Sequence record: OR896834.1
Length of the DNA stretch: 64,000 nucleotides
Origin: Escherichia phage Baret
Reading direction: 5' to 3' (one strand)
The notes beneath the pieces were generated by a model that did not search any database, was not told where the DNA came from, and saw only the letters and a list, made by a program, of their open reading frames with translations. The position numbers and the translations under genes are program-made. This document shows, piece after piece, positions 18,770 to 29,113 of this stretch (position 1 is the first letter of the stretch; each line of letters begins with the position of its first letter).

Positions 18770-20644
18770 TTACTTAGCTCGAATATCCTGATGCTTCACC
18801 CTGCCCATCACCTCGTGCTGTTTGCCAGGGTTAAATGGACGAGCACCCGGATTTCCAAGATACCCACAAACCCGACGAGTTACTTCAAGAGTTTCAGGGT
18901 CATGATTACCACAGATAGGGCACTTGAATCCATCTTCGGATGCTACTGTTTCACCTAAGAATCCACATTTACCACAAGAATCCACTGGAGTATTAATACC
19001 AAAGTAATGAACCTTACTAGCAGCATAATTAATAACCCATTCCAGTGCATCTGGGAATCGTTTCATATCCGGTAGTTCTACATAGGAAATGCACCCACCA
19101 GAAGCAATCGGAGTAAAGTTAGATTCATAATCAAATTTGACGTTAGGAGCAACTTTACGTTCCACATCAAGGTGGTGAGAGTTAGTGTAGTAACCTTTGG
19201 ACAGAATATCTTCATGCTCCGGGAAATATTCACGGTCTAGACGACAAAAGCGATCACATAGGGACTCTGATGGTGTAGCATACAGACTATAGCCTAACTG
19301 AGTCTCTTCCTTCTTCTGATCGACTCTATCTCGCATGTACTGCAATACACGCTGAACAAACTTGATGCAGGTCTCGGACATTGTATCTACATCTTTGCCA
19401 AACATGAACTGTAGCATTTCATGGCAACCAATATACCCTAGAGATACAGAAGCACGGTTATAGAAATGATCGAATACATATTCATCAGGCCCCAAGCGTA
19501 ACCCAAAGGCTCCTGACATATAGAGGATGGGTGCAGCTTTAGCTTGAATGTATTTTAAGCGATCAACTCTCCACTCCAACGCTTTTAATGCTGTATCCAC
19601 ACGTAGCTCAAGCAAATCAAAGAATAGATCAATATTTCCTTCAGCTTCGATAGCAATTCTAGGCAAGTTTACAGAAACAACACCTAAGTTATTACGACCG
19701 GCAGTTTCACCATCTTCTGTAGCAGCTAGGAATGAACGGCAGCCCATAGAAACTTTGTAGTCTCCAGTAACCTCTACAACTTTGTCATAGCTGATATAAT
19801 CTGGATACATACGTTCAGCAGTACATTTCATAGATAACTTCTTGATGTCATAATTAACATCTCCTGGTTTCATATTAACGCCATCACGAAGTACAAATAC
19901 CAGTTTCGGGAAGATAGCTGTACGTTTATTGATACCTAAACCATCCATGCGTACTTTCAGTATTGCCCTCTGTACTAGACGTGCTTCCCAAGAAGTTCCT
20001 AGACCAAAACCAAAGGTAATAAATGGGCTCTGACCATTAGAGTTGAACATGGTATTGATTTCATATTCTAAACCCTGACAAGCGTCATAGACTTCTTTTT
20101 CAGTCATCTCCGTAGCCATTACGGATGCTTTGGCTTCATCCTTAGTCCAACGTTTTGCAAACGCATGATTTTTATCATAGGATTTACGAACATAAGGTGC
20201 TAATACTTCATCAAGGCGATCTACAGAAGTACCACCATACTGATGGGAGCTAACTTGAGTGATAATCTGAGCAGTGATAGCCGCCGCAGTAGTGATAGAG
20301 TTTGGAGTGCTAATTTCAGCATTACCAACCTTCATACCATTCTTCAACATATCTTCCAGAGCTACCAGGCAACAGTTAGTCATGCCTAATGCAGCATAAT
20401 CAGCATCATGGAAATGAATATCCCCAATCATATGAGCATTTCGAATCTGAATTGGCATTTCTTCTAGAATCAGATACTTACTCAATTCACCTGCAAGCAT
20501 ATCCCTTTGTGTAGGGAAACGTTCTGAGGGTTTATTGGCATTATTAAACAGCAGCTCTTCATCTGCTGACCCTTCGATAATCTCTTTGCAGTTTCTAATT
20601 AACGCCTGCATTTCTTTATACTTTAGTTCTTCATTGCGATTCAT
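18770..20644 (-). CDS. nrdD: anaerobic ribonucleoside-triphosphate reductase (class III)
   Basis: C-terminal zinc ribbon CGKCG...CPICG and glycyl-radical motif RRVCGYLG; AGGAGAG RBS. Confidence 0.85.
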   Translation of the reverse strand: MNRNEELKYKEMQALIRNCKEIIEGSADEELLFNNANKPSERFPTQRDMLAGELSKYLILEEMPIQIRNAHMIGDIHFHDADYAALGMTNCCLVALEDMLKNGMKVGNAEISTPNSITTAAAITAQIITQVSSHQYGGTSVDRLDEVLAPYVRKSYDKNHAFAKRWTKDEAKASVMATEMTEKEVYDACQGLEYEINTMFNSNGQSPFITFGFGLGTSWEARLVQRAILKVRMDGLGINKRTAIFPKLVFVLRDGVNMKPGDVNYDIKKLSMKCTAERMYPDYISYDKVVEVTGDYKVSMGCRSFLAATEDGETAGRNNLGVVSVNLPRIAIEAEGNIDLFFDLLELRVDTALKALEWRVDRLKYIQAKAAPILYMSGAFGLRLGPDEYVFDHFYNRASVSLGYIGCHEMLQFMFGKDVDTMSETCIKFVQRVLQYMRDRVDQKKEETQLGYSLYATPSESLCDRFCRLDREYFPEHEDILSKGYYTNSHHLDVERKVAPNVKFDYESNFTPIASGGCISYVELPDMKRFPDALEWVINYAASKVHYFGINTPVDSCGKCGFLGETVASEDGFKCPICGNHDPETLEVTRRVCGYLGNPGARPFNPGKQHEVMGRVKHQDIRAK

Positions 20645-20673
20645 TATACTCTCCTTCTCTAACTAAGACTACT

Positions 20674-20702
20674 ATTATAACTCATTCGAGGGCGGATGTC
20701 AA
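20674..20702 (-). promoter_or_regulatory. sigma70 promoter (TTGACA-17-TATAAT) for nrdD
   Basis: Minus strand ttgacatccgccctcgaatgagttataat. Confidence 0.65.
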
Positions 20703-20753
20703 CAATATTTTACTATAAAGTTCTGTAACATGATCTGAGTCAAAAAATTTTAT

Positions 20754-20782
20754 TTGCCAATCTCTATTAAAAATTGTATAAT
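20754..20782 (+). promoter_or_regulatory. sigma70 promoter (TTGCCA-17-TATAAT)
   Basis: ttgccaatctctattaaaaattgtataat. Confidence 0.6.
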
Positions 20783-20894
20783 CACGCACTCGTACACGCG
20801 ATATAAAATGATTATCTAGTATCACACATCTCACGTTAAAAGCAAGCAAATTTTTTATTTAAATGCAATATCATAGGCTTATTTAAAATTGTAG

Positions 20895-20923
20895 TTGCTT
20901 TTTACTGTATATATTGGTATAAT
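20895..20923 (+). promoter_or_regulatory. sigma70 promoter (TTGCTT-17-TATAAT) for phoH-like gene
   Basis: ttgctttttactgtatatattggtataat. Confidence 0.65.
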
Positions 20924-20996
20924 ATATTTGTAAGTTGATAAACAAGATCTTTTTGTTGATCCTCTGTTAGCGAAGTACACTATAGGAGTGTTATTT

Positions 20997-21749
20997 ATGG
21001 GAAAAGCACGTCAAAAAAGAGAGAACCGCAATGGTTCAAGAAAGCGTGGCAACAAATATGAGAATAACGTAATTCAGGCTGATTTTTCTAATGATTACGC
21101 TAACCCAGTTGCTAAATCCCTAGTAGGTAAAAACCGCGAGCAAAAATCATATATCAATATGATCAAGAACAACACAGTGACTGTGGGTATCGGTGAGCCA
21201 GGTACTGGTAAAACCTTTATTCCGTCCGTTCTTGCAGCTCAGGAACTCGTAGACATTCACTCAGATATTGAGCAAGTGATTCTCGTACGTCCTAATGAAC
21301 CTCTAGGTAAGTCTCTTGGTATGCTTCCTGGTGATCTGGCGGAAAAGCTAGAGCCTTGGTTAGAGCCAATAGCTGATGGTATGAAATGGGCCATCGGCGA
21401 TCATGCCTATAAGGGATATGTCGAACGTCAGAAAATTAAATTTTTGGCTGTCGAACATGCTCGTGGCAGAACTTTCAACAACTCCTATGTAATTGTCGAT
21501 GAAGCTCAGAATATTTCCGTTGAGGCAATGATTTGTCTCCTAACTCGTGTAGGGCAAGACTGCCGTTTAATTATCTGTGGAGATATAGCTCAGAAAGACA
21601 TTAAAGGTGACTCAGGTCTAGCACTCCTTATGGAAGTCTATGAGAAATATGAAAATGCCCCATTCTCAATGATCGAATTGATTGATAACGTTCGTTCTGT
21701 TGAGTCTAAAGCATTCTATGATATTTTTAAAGATATGGGAAAGGTGTAA
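20997..21749 (+). CDS. phoH: PhoH-like ATPase
   Basis: Walker A GEPGTGKTF, Walker B VIVDEAQN; TAGGAG RBS 8 nt before ATG at 20997. Confidence 0.8.
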   Translation: MGKARQKRENRNGSRKRGNKYENNVIQADFSNDYANPVAKSLVGKNREQKSYINMIKNNTVTVGIGEPGTGKTFIPSVLAAQELVDIHSDIEQVILVRPNEPLGKSLGMLPGDLAEKLEPWLEPIADGMKWAIGDHAYKGYVERQKIKFLAVEHARGRTFNNSYVIVDEAQNISVEAMICLLTRVGQDCRLIICGDIAQKDIKGDSGLALLMEVYEKYENAPFSMIELIDNVRSVESKAFYDIFKDMGKV

Positions 21750-21750
21750 T

Positions 21751-21993
21751 ATGGGAAACGTCGTTCATCTGAGCCGTAAAACTAAAATACATCGTACTTC
21801 ACTGAGTGCTGCTAATATGATTACACGTAAGGAAGGGGAAGAAAGTCCTAAGACAACCCTAGCGTGGAAAATTGTAACCTCAAATCCAAATAAACCATTC
21901 AATTATAACGAGCTGAGCACCTCTATAGATATTCTATTAAAAGAAGTAGCTAGAGCTAAAGTAATTGAACAAGCTAAAAAGCTAGACTGGTAA
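21751..21993 (+). CDS. hypothetical protein (80 aa)
   Basis: ATG overlapping phoH stop (TAATATG), AAGGTG RBS. Confidence 0.45.
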   Translation: MGNVVHLSRKTKIHRTSLSAANMITRKEGEESPKTTLAWKIVTSNPNKPFNYNELSTSIDILLKEVARAKVIEQAKKLDW

Positions 21994-21999
21994 TATACA

Positions 22000-22030
22000 G
22001 GGCCTGGGTATGAAAATACTCGGGCCTTTT
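22000..22030 (+). terminator. terminator-like hairpin
   Basis: GGGCC...GGGCC imperfect hairpin followed by TTTTC. Confidence 0.35.
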
Positions 22031-22047
22031 CTATCAGAAAATTTTAT

Positions 22048-22076
22048 TTGCCTAATGACAGATAATAAAGTAGAAT
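22048..22076 (+). promoter_or_regulatory. sigma70 promoter (TTGCCT-17-TAGAAT) for nrdA
   Basis: ttgcctaatgacagataataaagtagaat. Confidence 0.55.
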
Positions 22077-22114
22077 ATTCCTTAAATCCTGATAACTATA
22101 AAAAGGAAAGCCAA

Positions 22115-24445
22115 ATGAGCCATCGCATTGAAAAAGTAATTAAACGTGACGGTACTGTAGAAGACTTTGCTCCTGAAAAACTCAATGGTTGGGCAGAGTA
22201 TGGTTGCAAAACAGTTGATGTAAGTTGGTCAGCCATTACTATGGCTGCTCAAAAAACTCTGCCTAAGGGGGTTGTAGATTCCGACACTCTGATGGACGCA
22301 TTAATTAAAGCTGCTGAAAGTCTTATCAAAGATAACCCAGCATACGATGTGCCAGCAAAGGAATTACGTCTTGCGCAAATGCGTAAACGCCTTTACGACT
22401 CTTTCGAACCACCTTCTCTACGCTTCTTCCATGACCATATGGTTAGCGTAGGTGCATGGGAAGACATGAGTGCATGGATTACCGATGAGCAGTTCGAAGC
22501 TCTGAATCAGGTTATCGACCATGATCGTGACCGTCTTTTTACTAGTGGTGGACTGAAACAGTTCTTTGATAAGTATTCCCGTCGTAACATAGCCACTGGT
22601 GAAATTTATGAAACTCCGCAGTTTGCCTACATGGGTATGGCAATGGCGATGTTATCTCAACCTAGCTGGACAATTCTAGATGCAATCGACCTCTACAACG
22701 CAATGTCACTCCACAAAATCAACGTTCCTACGCCGCCACTGGTTGGTCTGCGCTCTAGTGACCGTGGATTTGCTAGTTGCTGCCTCGTGGATTCCACTGA
22801 CACGTTGGATTCAATCGACACCGCCGAGCACATCGTCTTCAAAATGGTCGCAGCCAGAGCGGGAATCGGGTATCATCTTGAAAGCCGATCAATTGCTGAT
22901 CCGGTGCGAAATGGGGCATTCCCGCATTCCGGAAAACTGCCATATTATCGACACATTGACCGCTCAGTAAAGGCCAATACTCAGCAAACTCGTGGTGGTT
23001 CTGCCACAGTGTCTTATCCGTACTTCGACCCTGAAATCATTCAATTGATGCAGGTTAAGCAACAACGTGCTACAGATGAGAATAAAATCGATAAGATGGA
23101 TTATTCTCTGAGCTTTAACAATCTTTTGTTAAAACGTTATCTTAAAAACGAAGATATTACGCTAATGTCATACTTCTATGCTCCAGAAGTTCATGAAGCG
23201 TTTTATAGTGATGACGAGGCTAAATTTGAAGAAATCTACGTGGCAGCGGAGAAACGTGTGGCATCTCTTACAAAGATCGACCACGAAGGAAAAACAGTTC
23301 CAGCAGCTCCTAAAGTCTCTGCAAAAGAAATCCTAGATACTTGGCTACGTATCCGAATGGAAACAGGACGTATGTATGCGCATCACATCGGGGAATCTAA
23401 TCGTCACGGTAATTTCCTTGATCCGATCCGTATGACAAACCTTTGTGTTGAGATTACTCAGCCTACACGCCCGTTCCACCATATCACGGAACTGTATAAA
23501 ACAAAAGAACAACTTGATCAAATGAAGCCGGAGGATATTGGTGAAGTATCTCTGTGTAACTTAGGTGGTGTTGTACTTGGACGCATGGAATCTCTGGCTG
23601 AGTGGGAAAAAACTTGCTACATCCTCCTGAAATTCGTTGATACAATTATTGAAATCCAGGATTATCCGTTCCCAACTATGGAATATACGGCTAAGAAACG
23701 TCGTAATGTTGGTATTGGACTGATGAACGCAGCAGGTGCAATGGCAGCAGAAGGTCTGGCTTATGAAGGTATTGAAGCCCGTAACTGGATTCACCGTGAG
23801 GCTGAAAAACTGTCTTACTTCCTGCATAAAGCCTCTGTACGCCTAGCTAAAGAACAGGGTGCATGTGAGTGGTTTGATCGTACTAAACCATCTAAAGGAA
23901 TTCTGGTAATCGACACGTACAAGAAAACTGTTGATGAGCTGGTATCCGTAGGTCTAGAAATGGATTGGGAGTCTCTACGTGCAGATATTCTGAAATATGG
24001 TATGCGTAACTCTGTTCTGACTGCTCAGATGCCGGGAGAAAGTTCTTCTGTTCTGTTAGGTGTTACTAACTCTATTGAACCACCTCGTAAGATTGTATCT
24101 ATCAAGGGTAGTGCAGTAAATAAAGTAATTGCAATTGCTCCAGGTGCAACCGATTGGGAAACGTTAATGAGCTATAAACTGGCCTATGATGTAGATCGTA
24201 TCGAGTGGATCAAGTGGGTAGCAACTATGCAGAAATTCTTCAGTCAGTCTATCAGTACTAATATGTACTATGACTACACCAAGTTTGAGAATGAAATCAT
24301 TCCTGGCCCAGTAGTAGTTCGTGATTTCATGACTGCTGTTAAGTATGGGTGGAAAACTTGGTATTATGCTAACTTCAATACCGCAAATGGTGGAGGTGCT
24401 GGAGAAGAAGCAGCCGGTTGTGCATCCGGTGGTTGTACTATTTAA
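22115..24445 (+). CDS. nrdA: ribonucleoside-diphosphate reductase large subunit (class Ia)
   Basis: 776 aa from ATG with AAGGAAAG RBS; ATP-cone N-terminus and C-terminal Cys pair CASGGC typical of NrdA. Confidence 0.88.
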   Translation: MSHRIEKVIKRDGTVEDFAPEKLNGWAEYGCKTVDVSWSAITMAAQKTLPKGVVDSDTLMDALIKAAESLIKDNPAYDVPAKELRLAQMRKRLYDSFEPPSLRFFHDHMVSVGAWEDMSAWITDEQFEALNQVIDHDRDRLFTSGGLKQFFDKYSRRNIATGEIYETPQFAYMGMAMAMLSQPSWTILDAIDLYNAMSLHKINVPTPPLVGLRSSDRGFASCCLVDSTDTLDSIDTAEHIVFKMVAARAGIGYHLESRSIADPVRNGAFPHSGKLPYYRHIDRSVKANTQQTRGGSATVSYPYFDPEIIQLMQVKQQRATDENKIDKMDYSLSFNNLLLKRYLKNEDITLMSYFYAPEVHEAFYSDDEAKFEEIYVAAEKRVASLTKIDHEGKTVPAAPKVSAKEILDTWLRIRMETGRMYAHHIGESNRHGNFLDPIRMTNLCVEITQPTRPFHHITELYKTKEQLDQMKPEDIGEVSLCNLGGVVLGRMESLAEWEKTCYILLKFVDTIIEIQDYPFPTMEYTAKKRRNVGIGLMNAAGAMAAEGLAYEGIEARNWIHREAEKLSYFLHKASVRLAKEQGACEWFDRTKPSKGILVIDTYKKTVDELVSVGLEMDWESLRADILKYGMRNSVLTAQMPGESSSVLLGVTNSIEPPRKIVSIKGSAVNKVIAIAPGATDWETLMSYKLAYDVDRIEWIKWVATMQKFFSQSISTNMYYDYTKFENEIIPGPVVVRDFMTAVKYGWKTWYYANFNTANGGGAGEEAAGCASGGCTI

Positions 24446-24454
24446 TAAAAACAA

Positions 24455-24478
24455 GGAGATCTTCGGGTCTCCTTTTTC
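24455..24478 (+). terminator. Rho-independent terminator
   Basis: GGAGATC-ttcg-GGTCTCC hairpin followed by TTTTTC. Confidence 0.65.
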
Positions 24479-24491
24479 TTTGAAATTTTAC

Positions 24492-24520
24492 TTGCTAATC
24501 GCTACCAGATTTGCTATAAT
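24492..24520 (+). promoter_or_regulatory. sigma70 promoter (TTGCTA-17-TATAAT) for nrdB
   Basis: ttgctaatcgctaccagatttgctataat. Confidence 0.65.
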
Positions 24521-24551
24521 ATTCCTGAAATAGTGAGAAAGAGGAAAATCA

Positions 24552-25697
24552 ATGACTACTTTACTAAACCTGAATTGGGATCATACTAACGCTGACCTTT
24601 TCCTGGGAGATTCTCTCGGTATCGCAGATTATGTACGTGTAGCACATCCAGAACTAGAACGTCTGGCACTTCTGCAACGCTCTCAATTTTGGACTGAAAC
24701 TGAAATTAGTCTGGAAGCAGATAAGAAACAGTGGCCTAATCTCCCGCGTGAAATTCAGGAAATTACACTCCTGAACTTAGCATGGCAGACTCAAACAGAT
24801 TCCTTTATCAGTCGTGCCCCTGAAGCAGCTATTATGCCGCTTGTAAGTCGTCCAGAGTTGGAAGGTATGCTCAAGCAGTGGAGCTACTTCGAAGATCTGC
24901 ATAGCCGTGCATATAGTAATATTATTCGTAATGTGCTGACTGATCCAGCAGAATTTATTGATTCTGTAACCAAAAACCAAGAAGCATTCGCACGCATCGC
25001 TGATTCTGTTGAACTATTCGATGAACTGTACCAGTTAGGTCAGTATTTCATCGCAGTACGCGATCATCGTGGCGACAATACATATCCAGAAACTGAGTTC
25101 CCTGAAGTTAAACGTGAAACTCAGGCTAAGCTATTAGATGCTTACTTTGCGATCTATGGTCTGGAAGCAATGCAGTTTTACGCATCCTTTGCATGTACCT
25201 TTGCATTAGCAGAGAACGATATTCTGCAAGGTATTGCTAAAAATCTGCAATTAATCGCTAAAGATGAAGCTCTGCACACTCAGATGTCCAAAGCAATCAT
25301 CCAGATTATGTTTCAACAATTTGACAAAGATCTGGTAGATGAAGCAGTGGCTAAAGCACCAGCACAGCTCCTGAAAACTCTGAAAACTGAAATTGAATGG
25401 GGTCATTTCATTTTCAAAGGTCGTAGTCTGATTGGTTTGAACGCAGAACTTCTAGAAGAGTATCTATATTTTGTGGGGCGTAATGCGTTTATGCACATTG
25501 GTGTAGAATGGCCTAGTCATTTACCAGTAATCACCAAAAACCCTATTCCGTGGATCATGAACTGGTTGGATACCACTTCTTTACAGCCTGCTCCACAAGA
25601 AATCCAGATTGGTGCAGCCTACCGTGTGGGTCAGGTAACTGAGACCTCTACTGATACTCTGAAAGATCTGGGTAATGAATTTGGAGATTTCTTATGA
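24552..25697 (+). CDS. nrdB: ribonucleoside-diphosphate reductase small subunit
   Basis: 381 aa, di-iron ligand pattern (E...EALH...E...H), follows nrdA. Confidence 0.85.
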   Translation: MTTLLNLNWDHTNADLFLGDSLGIADYVRVAHPELERLALLQRSQFWTETEISLEADKKQWPNLPREIQEITLLNLAWQTQTDSFISRAPEAAIMPLVSRPELEGMLKQWSYFEDLHSRAYSNIIRNVLTDPAEFIDSVTKNQEAFARIADSVELFDELYQLGQYFIAVRDHRGDNTYPETEFPEVKRETQAKLLDAYFAIYGLEAMQFYASFACTFALAENDILQGIAKNLQLIAKDEALHTQMSKAIIQIMFQQFDKDLVDEAVAKAPAQLLKTLKTEIEWGHFIFKGRSLIGLNAELLEEYLYFVGRNAFMHIGVEWPSHLPVITKNPIPWIMNWLDTTSLQPAPQEIQIGAAYRVGQVTETSTDTLKDLGNEFGDFL

Positions 25698-26227
25698 TAA
25701 CGGCATTATATGCAGTTGGGCCGAATGGGGAGTTCGGCCTCCGAGGTAAACTCCCTTGGGGTTCCTTCAAAGAAGAACTAGATGCTTTCTACTCTCAACT
25801 GGACGTGTTGAACCCAGATAACATCATCATTGGTGCGGGTACTTATTTAGCACTTCCAGAAGTTATTCGGCAACGTATGATTGGAGAATCTGACCTCTTT
25901 ATTCGTGCGGATCGTCCTCTGCCTGATGATATTAAACATGGTATCTATACCCCAATTTCTAAGATTGGGGATACATTACCTACGTTCTTAAAAGATCAGC
26001 AAACAGTAGTTCTAGGCGGAGCTAATCTTCTCCTAGAAATGTATCAGCATGGACATATAGAAAGTGCTTTTGTATCTACAATCTTTAGCGAGCAGAAGCT
26101 AGAGGCGGATATACACCTAGATAGTATGATACTGGATTATAACTACGAATCCACTCGATTAGTCTATGCAGTTGGCGCAAACAGTGATAACAGCCTGCGA
26201 TTTGTACAGGAATTGGTTACTTATTAA
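25694..26227 (+). CDS. dihydrofolate reductase
   Basis: N-terminal ALYAVGPNGEFGLRGKLPW matches DHFR M-PW signature; precedes thyA. Confidence 0.7.
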   Translation: MITALYAVGPNGEFGLRGKLPWGSFKEELDAFYSQLDVLNPDNIIIGAGTYLALPEVIRQRMIGESDLFIRADRPLPDDIKHGIYTPISKIGDTLPTFLKDQQTVVLGGANLLLEMYQHGHIESAFVSTIFSEQKLEADIHLDSMILDYNYESTRLVYAVGANSDNSLRFVQELVTY

Positions 26228-27066
26228 TGCAACAATACTTAAAAATTTTGACAGATGTAATTTTACTAGGTGAACCCCGTAATGACCGTACAGGAACAGG
26301 CACAGTTTCAATTTTTGATTCCTATGCTAAATTCGACCTACGTGAGGGGTTTCCGGCTGTAACTACCAAACGTCTAGCTTGGAAATCCGTAGTAGGAGAA
26401 CTCTTATGGTTCTTGTCTGGTTCCACAAATCTCCATGATCTACGTGTATTCACATTTGGTCGTGACGAAGGACAGTGGACCATCTGGACTCCAAATTATG
26501 AAGATCAAGCTATAAGTATGGGGTATGATAAGGGTAATCTAGGACCGGTATATGGTAAACAGTGGCGTAACTTTGGTGGGCGAGATCAGATTCTAGAACT
26601 TATTGAAGGACTCAAGAATAATCCTCATGGCCGCAGACATCTAGTTTCTGCGTGGAACGTAGCTGAACTTGATAAAATGGCATTACCACCTTGTCACTAC
26701 GGCTTCCAGTGCTATGTAAGTAACGATGGATACCTAGATCTTAAATGGACACAACGCTCTGTGGATTGTTTCCTCGGTTTACCTTTCAATATTGCTAGTT
26801 ATGCTTTATTAACACATATCCTGGCAAAACTGACTGGATTAAAACCTCGCTACCTTATCTTTAGTGGCGGTGATACTCATATCTATAATGACCATATGGA
26901 ACAGGTAGAAGAACAGGTAAAACGTAAACCTCGTTCTTTACCAACTCTAGTAATGCCAGAATTTGTAGATCTCTACGATTTACTGGAGAATAATACTGCA
27001 GCTTGGTCATTCCATTTAGAGGGGTACGATCCTCACCCAGCTCTTAAAGCTAAGATGTCTTCTTAA
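26227..27066 (+). CDS. thyA: thymidylate synthase
   Basis: 279 aa; RTGTGT and active-site region LPPCH, DLKWTQRSVD. Confidence 0.85.
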   Translation: MQQYLKILTDVILLGEPRNDRTGTGTVSIFDSYAKFDLREGFPAVTTKRLAWKSVVGELLWFLSGSTNLHDLRVFTFGRDEGQWTIWTPNYEDQAISMGYDKGNLGPVYGKQWRNFGGRDQILELIEGLKNNPHGRRHLVSAWNVAELDKMALPPCHYGFQCYVSNDGYLDLKWTQRSVDCFLGLPFNIASYALLTHILAKLTGLKPRYLIFSGGDTHIYNDHMEQVEEQVKRKPRSLPTLVMPEFVDLYDLLENNTAAWSFHLEGYDPHPALKAKMSS

Positions 27067-27071
27067 CTCAA

Positions 27072-27098
27072 ATAGCCCTTCGGGGCTATTATATTTAA
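27072..27098 (+). terminator. Rho-independent terminator
   Basis: ATAGCCC-ttcg-GGGCTAT hairpin followed by TATATTT. Confidence 0.7.
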
Positions 27099-27105
27099 AT
27101 TTCAT

Positions 27106-27134
27106 TTGCTTACTGAGTGAAATTTAGATATAAT
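27106..27134 (+). promoter_or_regulatory. sigma70 promoter (TTGCTT-17-TATAAT)
   Basis: ttgcttactgagtgaaatttagatataat. Confidence 0.65.
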
Positions 27135-27158
27135 ATATTTTATAAATCGGAGACAACT

Positions 27159-27413
27159 ATGGGACTATTTAAAAAGAAAGTTTATTTAACACAAAGTCAA
27201 GAACGTAGGTTCTTAGCTCTGTCTCAGTATTATCACTTACCTTTCGATCATTTTGTAGAACGGGCGTTAGAACAATTCATAGAAAAGGAATTAAAGGCAA
27301 TTAGACCTGAACCGCCAAGAGTACTAAATGATGCACAGAGAGGTCAACCATGTATTCCTCCTATGCCGCCAATTCCTCCAGCGACTAGGGTAATTATAGA
27401 AGGCGAAAACTAA
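27159..27413 (+). CDS. hypothetical protein, possible ribbon-helix-helix DNA binder
   Basis: ATG at 27159 after CGGAGA RBS (track start 27117 lies inside the promoter); C-terminal proline-rich tail. Confidence 0.45.
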   Translation: MGLFKKKVYLTQSQERRFLALSQYYHLPFDHFVERALEQFIEKELKAIRPEPPRVLNDAQRGQPCIPPMPPIPPATRVIIEGEN

Positions 27414-27682
27414 TGTCTATTCTTTTATCTGCTTTAGAAGCAAAACAAAATACTATTGCTGTTATTAAACAGGAAGTACTTAATCTAGAGTCACTTATTG
27501 CCGTAGAGATTGATAAAGCAATCAAAGAAAAAGAATTTAACTGCCATATTCAGGGATTAACTGAATATTCAGAAAACGCCAGAAACAGCGTTATGCAACG
27601 ACTCACTAAACTAGGCTACGTCGTAGAAGCTAAGTATGAGCAGCGTGAAGGTTTTTGGCTTGAAATTGACTGGAGCAAATAA
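27413..27682 (+). CDS. hypothetical protein (89 aa)
   Basis: Track ORF, start overlaps upstream stop. Confidence 0.45.
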   Translation: MSILLSALEAKQNTIAVIKQEVLNLESLIAVEIDKAIKEKEFNCHIQGLTEYSENARNSVMQRLTKLGYVVEAKYEQREGFWLEIDWSK

Positions 27683-28158
27683 TGTCGGTTTTCCACATTT
27701 ACACAGATGGTGCTTGTAAGTCTAACCCAGGTCCAGGTGCTTGGGGATTTATTGTCTATGATGATAACGATGATCGTTTAGGTTCTAAATCTGGATATAG
27801 TCCTAAAACTACAAATAATGAGATGGAACTCACGGCTATTGTAGAGGCTCTACGTTGGTCAGTTAAAAAAGATAATAGACCAATTGTTATCTATACTGAT
27901 TCTGCTTATTGCAAAAATGGTATGGAAAGTTGGATGTTTTCTTGGCAAAGGAAAGGCTGGAAGAAAGCAGATGGTGAAGTTCCTCTTAATCTAGAACTTT
28001 GGCAGGAAGCATTTAAATTAACACAGCAGTATATCAACTTTCATAATACTAACCCTACCTTTATTAAGGTTAAAGGACATTCTGGTATTAGTGGTAATGA
28101 AGCTGTAGACGCCTTATGTAACACAGTTATTACTGAAGCTGAAATGGCTGAGATGTGA
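27682..28158 (+). CDS. rnhA: ribonuclease HI
   Basis: IYTDGACKSNPGPGAWGFIV...ELTAI...IYTDS...VKGHSG; DEDD catalytic pattern of RNase H. Confidence 0.85.
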   Translation: MSVFHIYTDGACKSNPGPGAWGFIVYDDNDDRLGSKSGYSPKTTNNEMELTAIVEALRWSVKKDNRPIVIYTDSAYCKNGMESWMFSWQRKGWKKADGEVPLNLELWQEAFKLTQQYINFHNTNPTFIKVKGHSGISGNEAVDALCNTVITEAEMAEM

Positions 28159-28179
28159 TAAATAAATTAAAAAATTTTC

Positions 28180-28208
28180 TTGCTTAAAGCCCTCTAATTT
28201 AGTATAAT
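28180..28208 (+). promoter_or_regulatory. sigma70 promoter (TTGCTT-17-TATAAT)
   Basis: ttgcttaaagccctctaatttagtataat. Confidence 0.65.
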
Positions 28209-28235
28209 ATTCGTATTGAAAGTGAGGAGGGCTTT

Positions 28236-28514
28236 ATGAGAATTTATAACTCAAATTCATTAGGATTTAAACCGTTGAGAAAACGTGCACAATCACCTCG
28301 TCAAATAAGAAAGGCTAATATTGGTGAGCCAGAAACACGTCTTCCACCTCCTCCGGAACAACGTTTAGTTTATCTGGATGAAGAATTAGCTGAACGCGAA
28401 AGAAAAGCTCAAGAAGAGATTGAGCGTAAGAAAATGTGTACTGCTCCAGCATATAATAAAGGAGCGTATCAATATGTTTCCGATGCAGAACAAGCCAAGA
28501 TGGTTGGTAGATAA
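28236..28514 (+). CDS. hypothetical protein (92 aa)
   Basis: Track ORF, GAGGAGG RBS. Confidence 0.5.
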   Translation: MRIYNSNSLGFKPLRKRAQSPRQIRKANIGEPETRLPPPPEQRLVYLDEELAERERKAQEEIERKKMCTAPAYNKGAYQYVSDAEQAKMVGR

Positions 28515-28531
28515 TTTTTAAAAAATTCATT

Positions 28532-28560
28532 TGCTAAACGCTTCAAATTCTCGTATAATA
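28532..28560 (+). promoter_or_regulatory. sigma70 promoter (TTGCTA-17-TATAAT)
   Basis: aaaaaattcatttgctaaacgcttcaaattctcgtataat. Confidence 0.7.
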
Positions 28561-28597
28561 TACTTCATAAATTGATAAACAAAAAGGAAAATAAATA

Positions 28598-29113
28598 ATG
28601 GCTAAGCAGAAAAACGCAAAAACTCAAGCAGCCCCGGCAGTTAAAACTTTCCCTCAGACTGAGGCTAACCGCAAAGCTCGTCTGGAACGCCACCTGCGCA
28701 AGCACCCTACTGATGCTCAAGCTGCACAGGCACTGAATCGTCCGGCTCCGATTCGTCAAAAGCCGAAGGCTAAGAATACCACTCGTTCTGTAGCCCGCCT
28801 TGTGACCTATGTACAGGGTTATGGTCACAAATCTGTTCCAGTAGCACTGAGTTTCAATGCTGGAGCAGAATTGTTCCCTCGTAATGGCATGGCCATGAAA
28901 GATTACGAGAAAGCAGTTAACCAGAAACGCAAACCAACGGCAGATGTATTGCGTGATACTCGTGGACAGTTTGGTTCTGTTAAGCCAAATATCTTCGGTG
29001 TAGGGTATAGCAAAGATAATGTTCGTGCTCTATGTTACGGTGTAGGCATTAAGTTCACGGGTGATTCTGCTCGTAAATCTGCTAAACCAGCTCGTAAACG
29101 TAAAGCGAAGTAA
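28598..29113 (+). CDS. highly basic protein, possible nucleic-acid binder (171 aa)
   Basis: Track ORF; Lys/Arg-rich termini. Confidence 0.5.
   Translation: MAKQKNAKTQAAPAVKTFPQTEANRKARLERHLRKHPTDAQAAQALNRPAPIRQKPKAKNTTRSVARLVTYVQGYGHKSVPVALSFNAGAELFPRNGMAMKDYEKAVNQKRKPTADVLRDTRGQFGSVKPNIFGVGYSKDNVRALCYGVGIKFTGDSARKSAKPARKRKAK

Noticed and set aside
1155-24445. Inteins or group I introns in polymerase, nrdA or nrdD
   Set aside because: Protein lengths match intein-free homologues and catalytic motifs are contiguous; the HNH endonuclease is free-standing, not intron-encoded.
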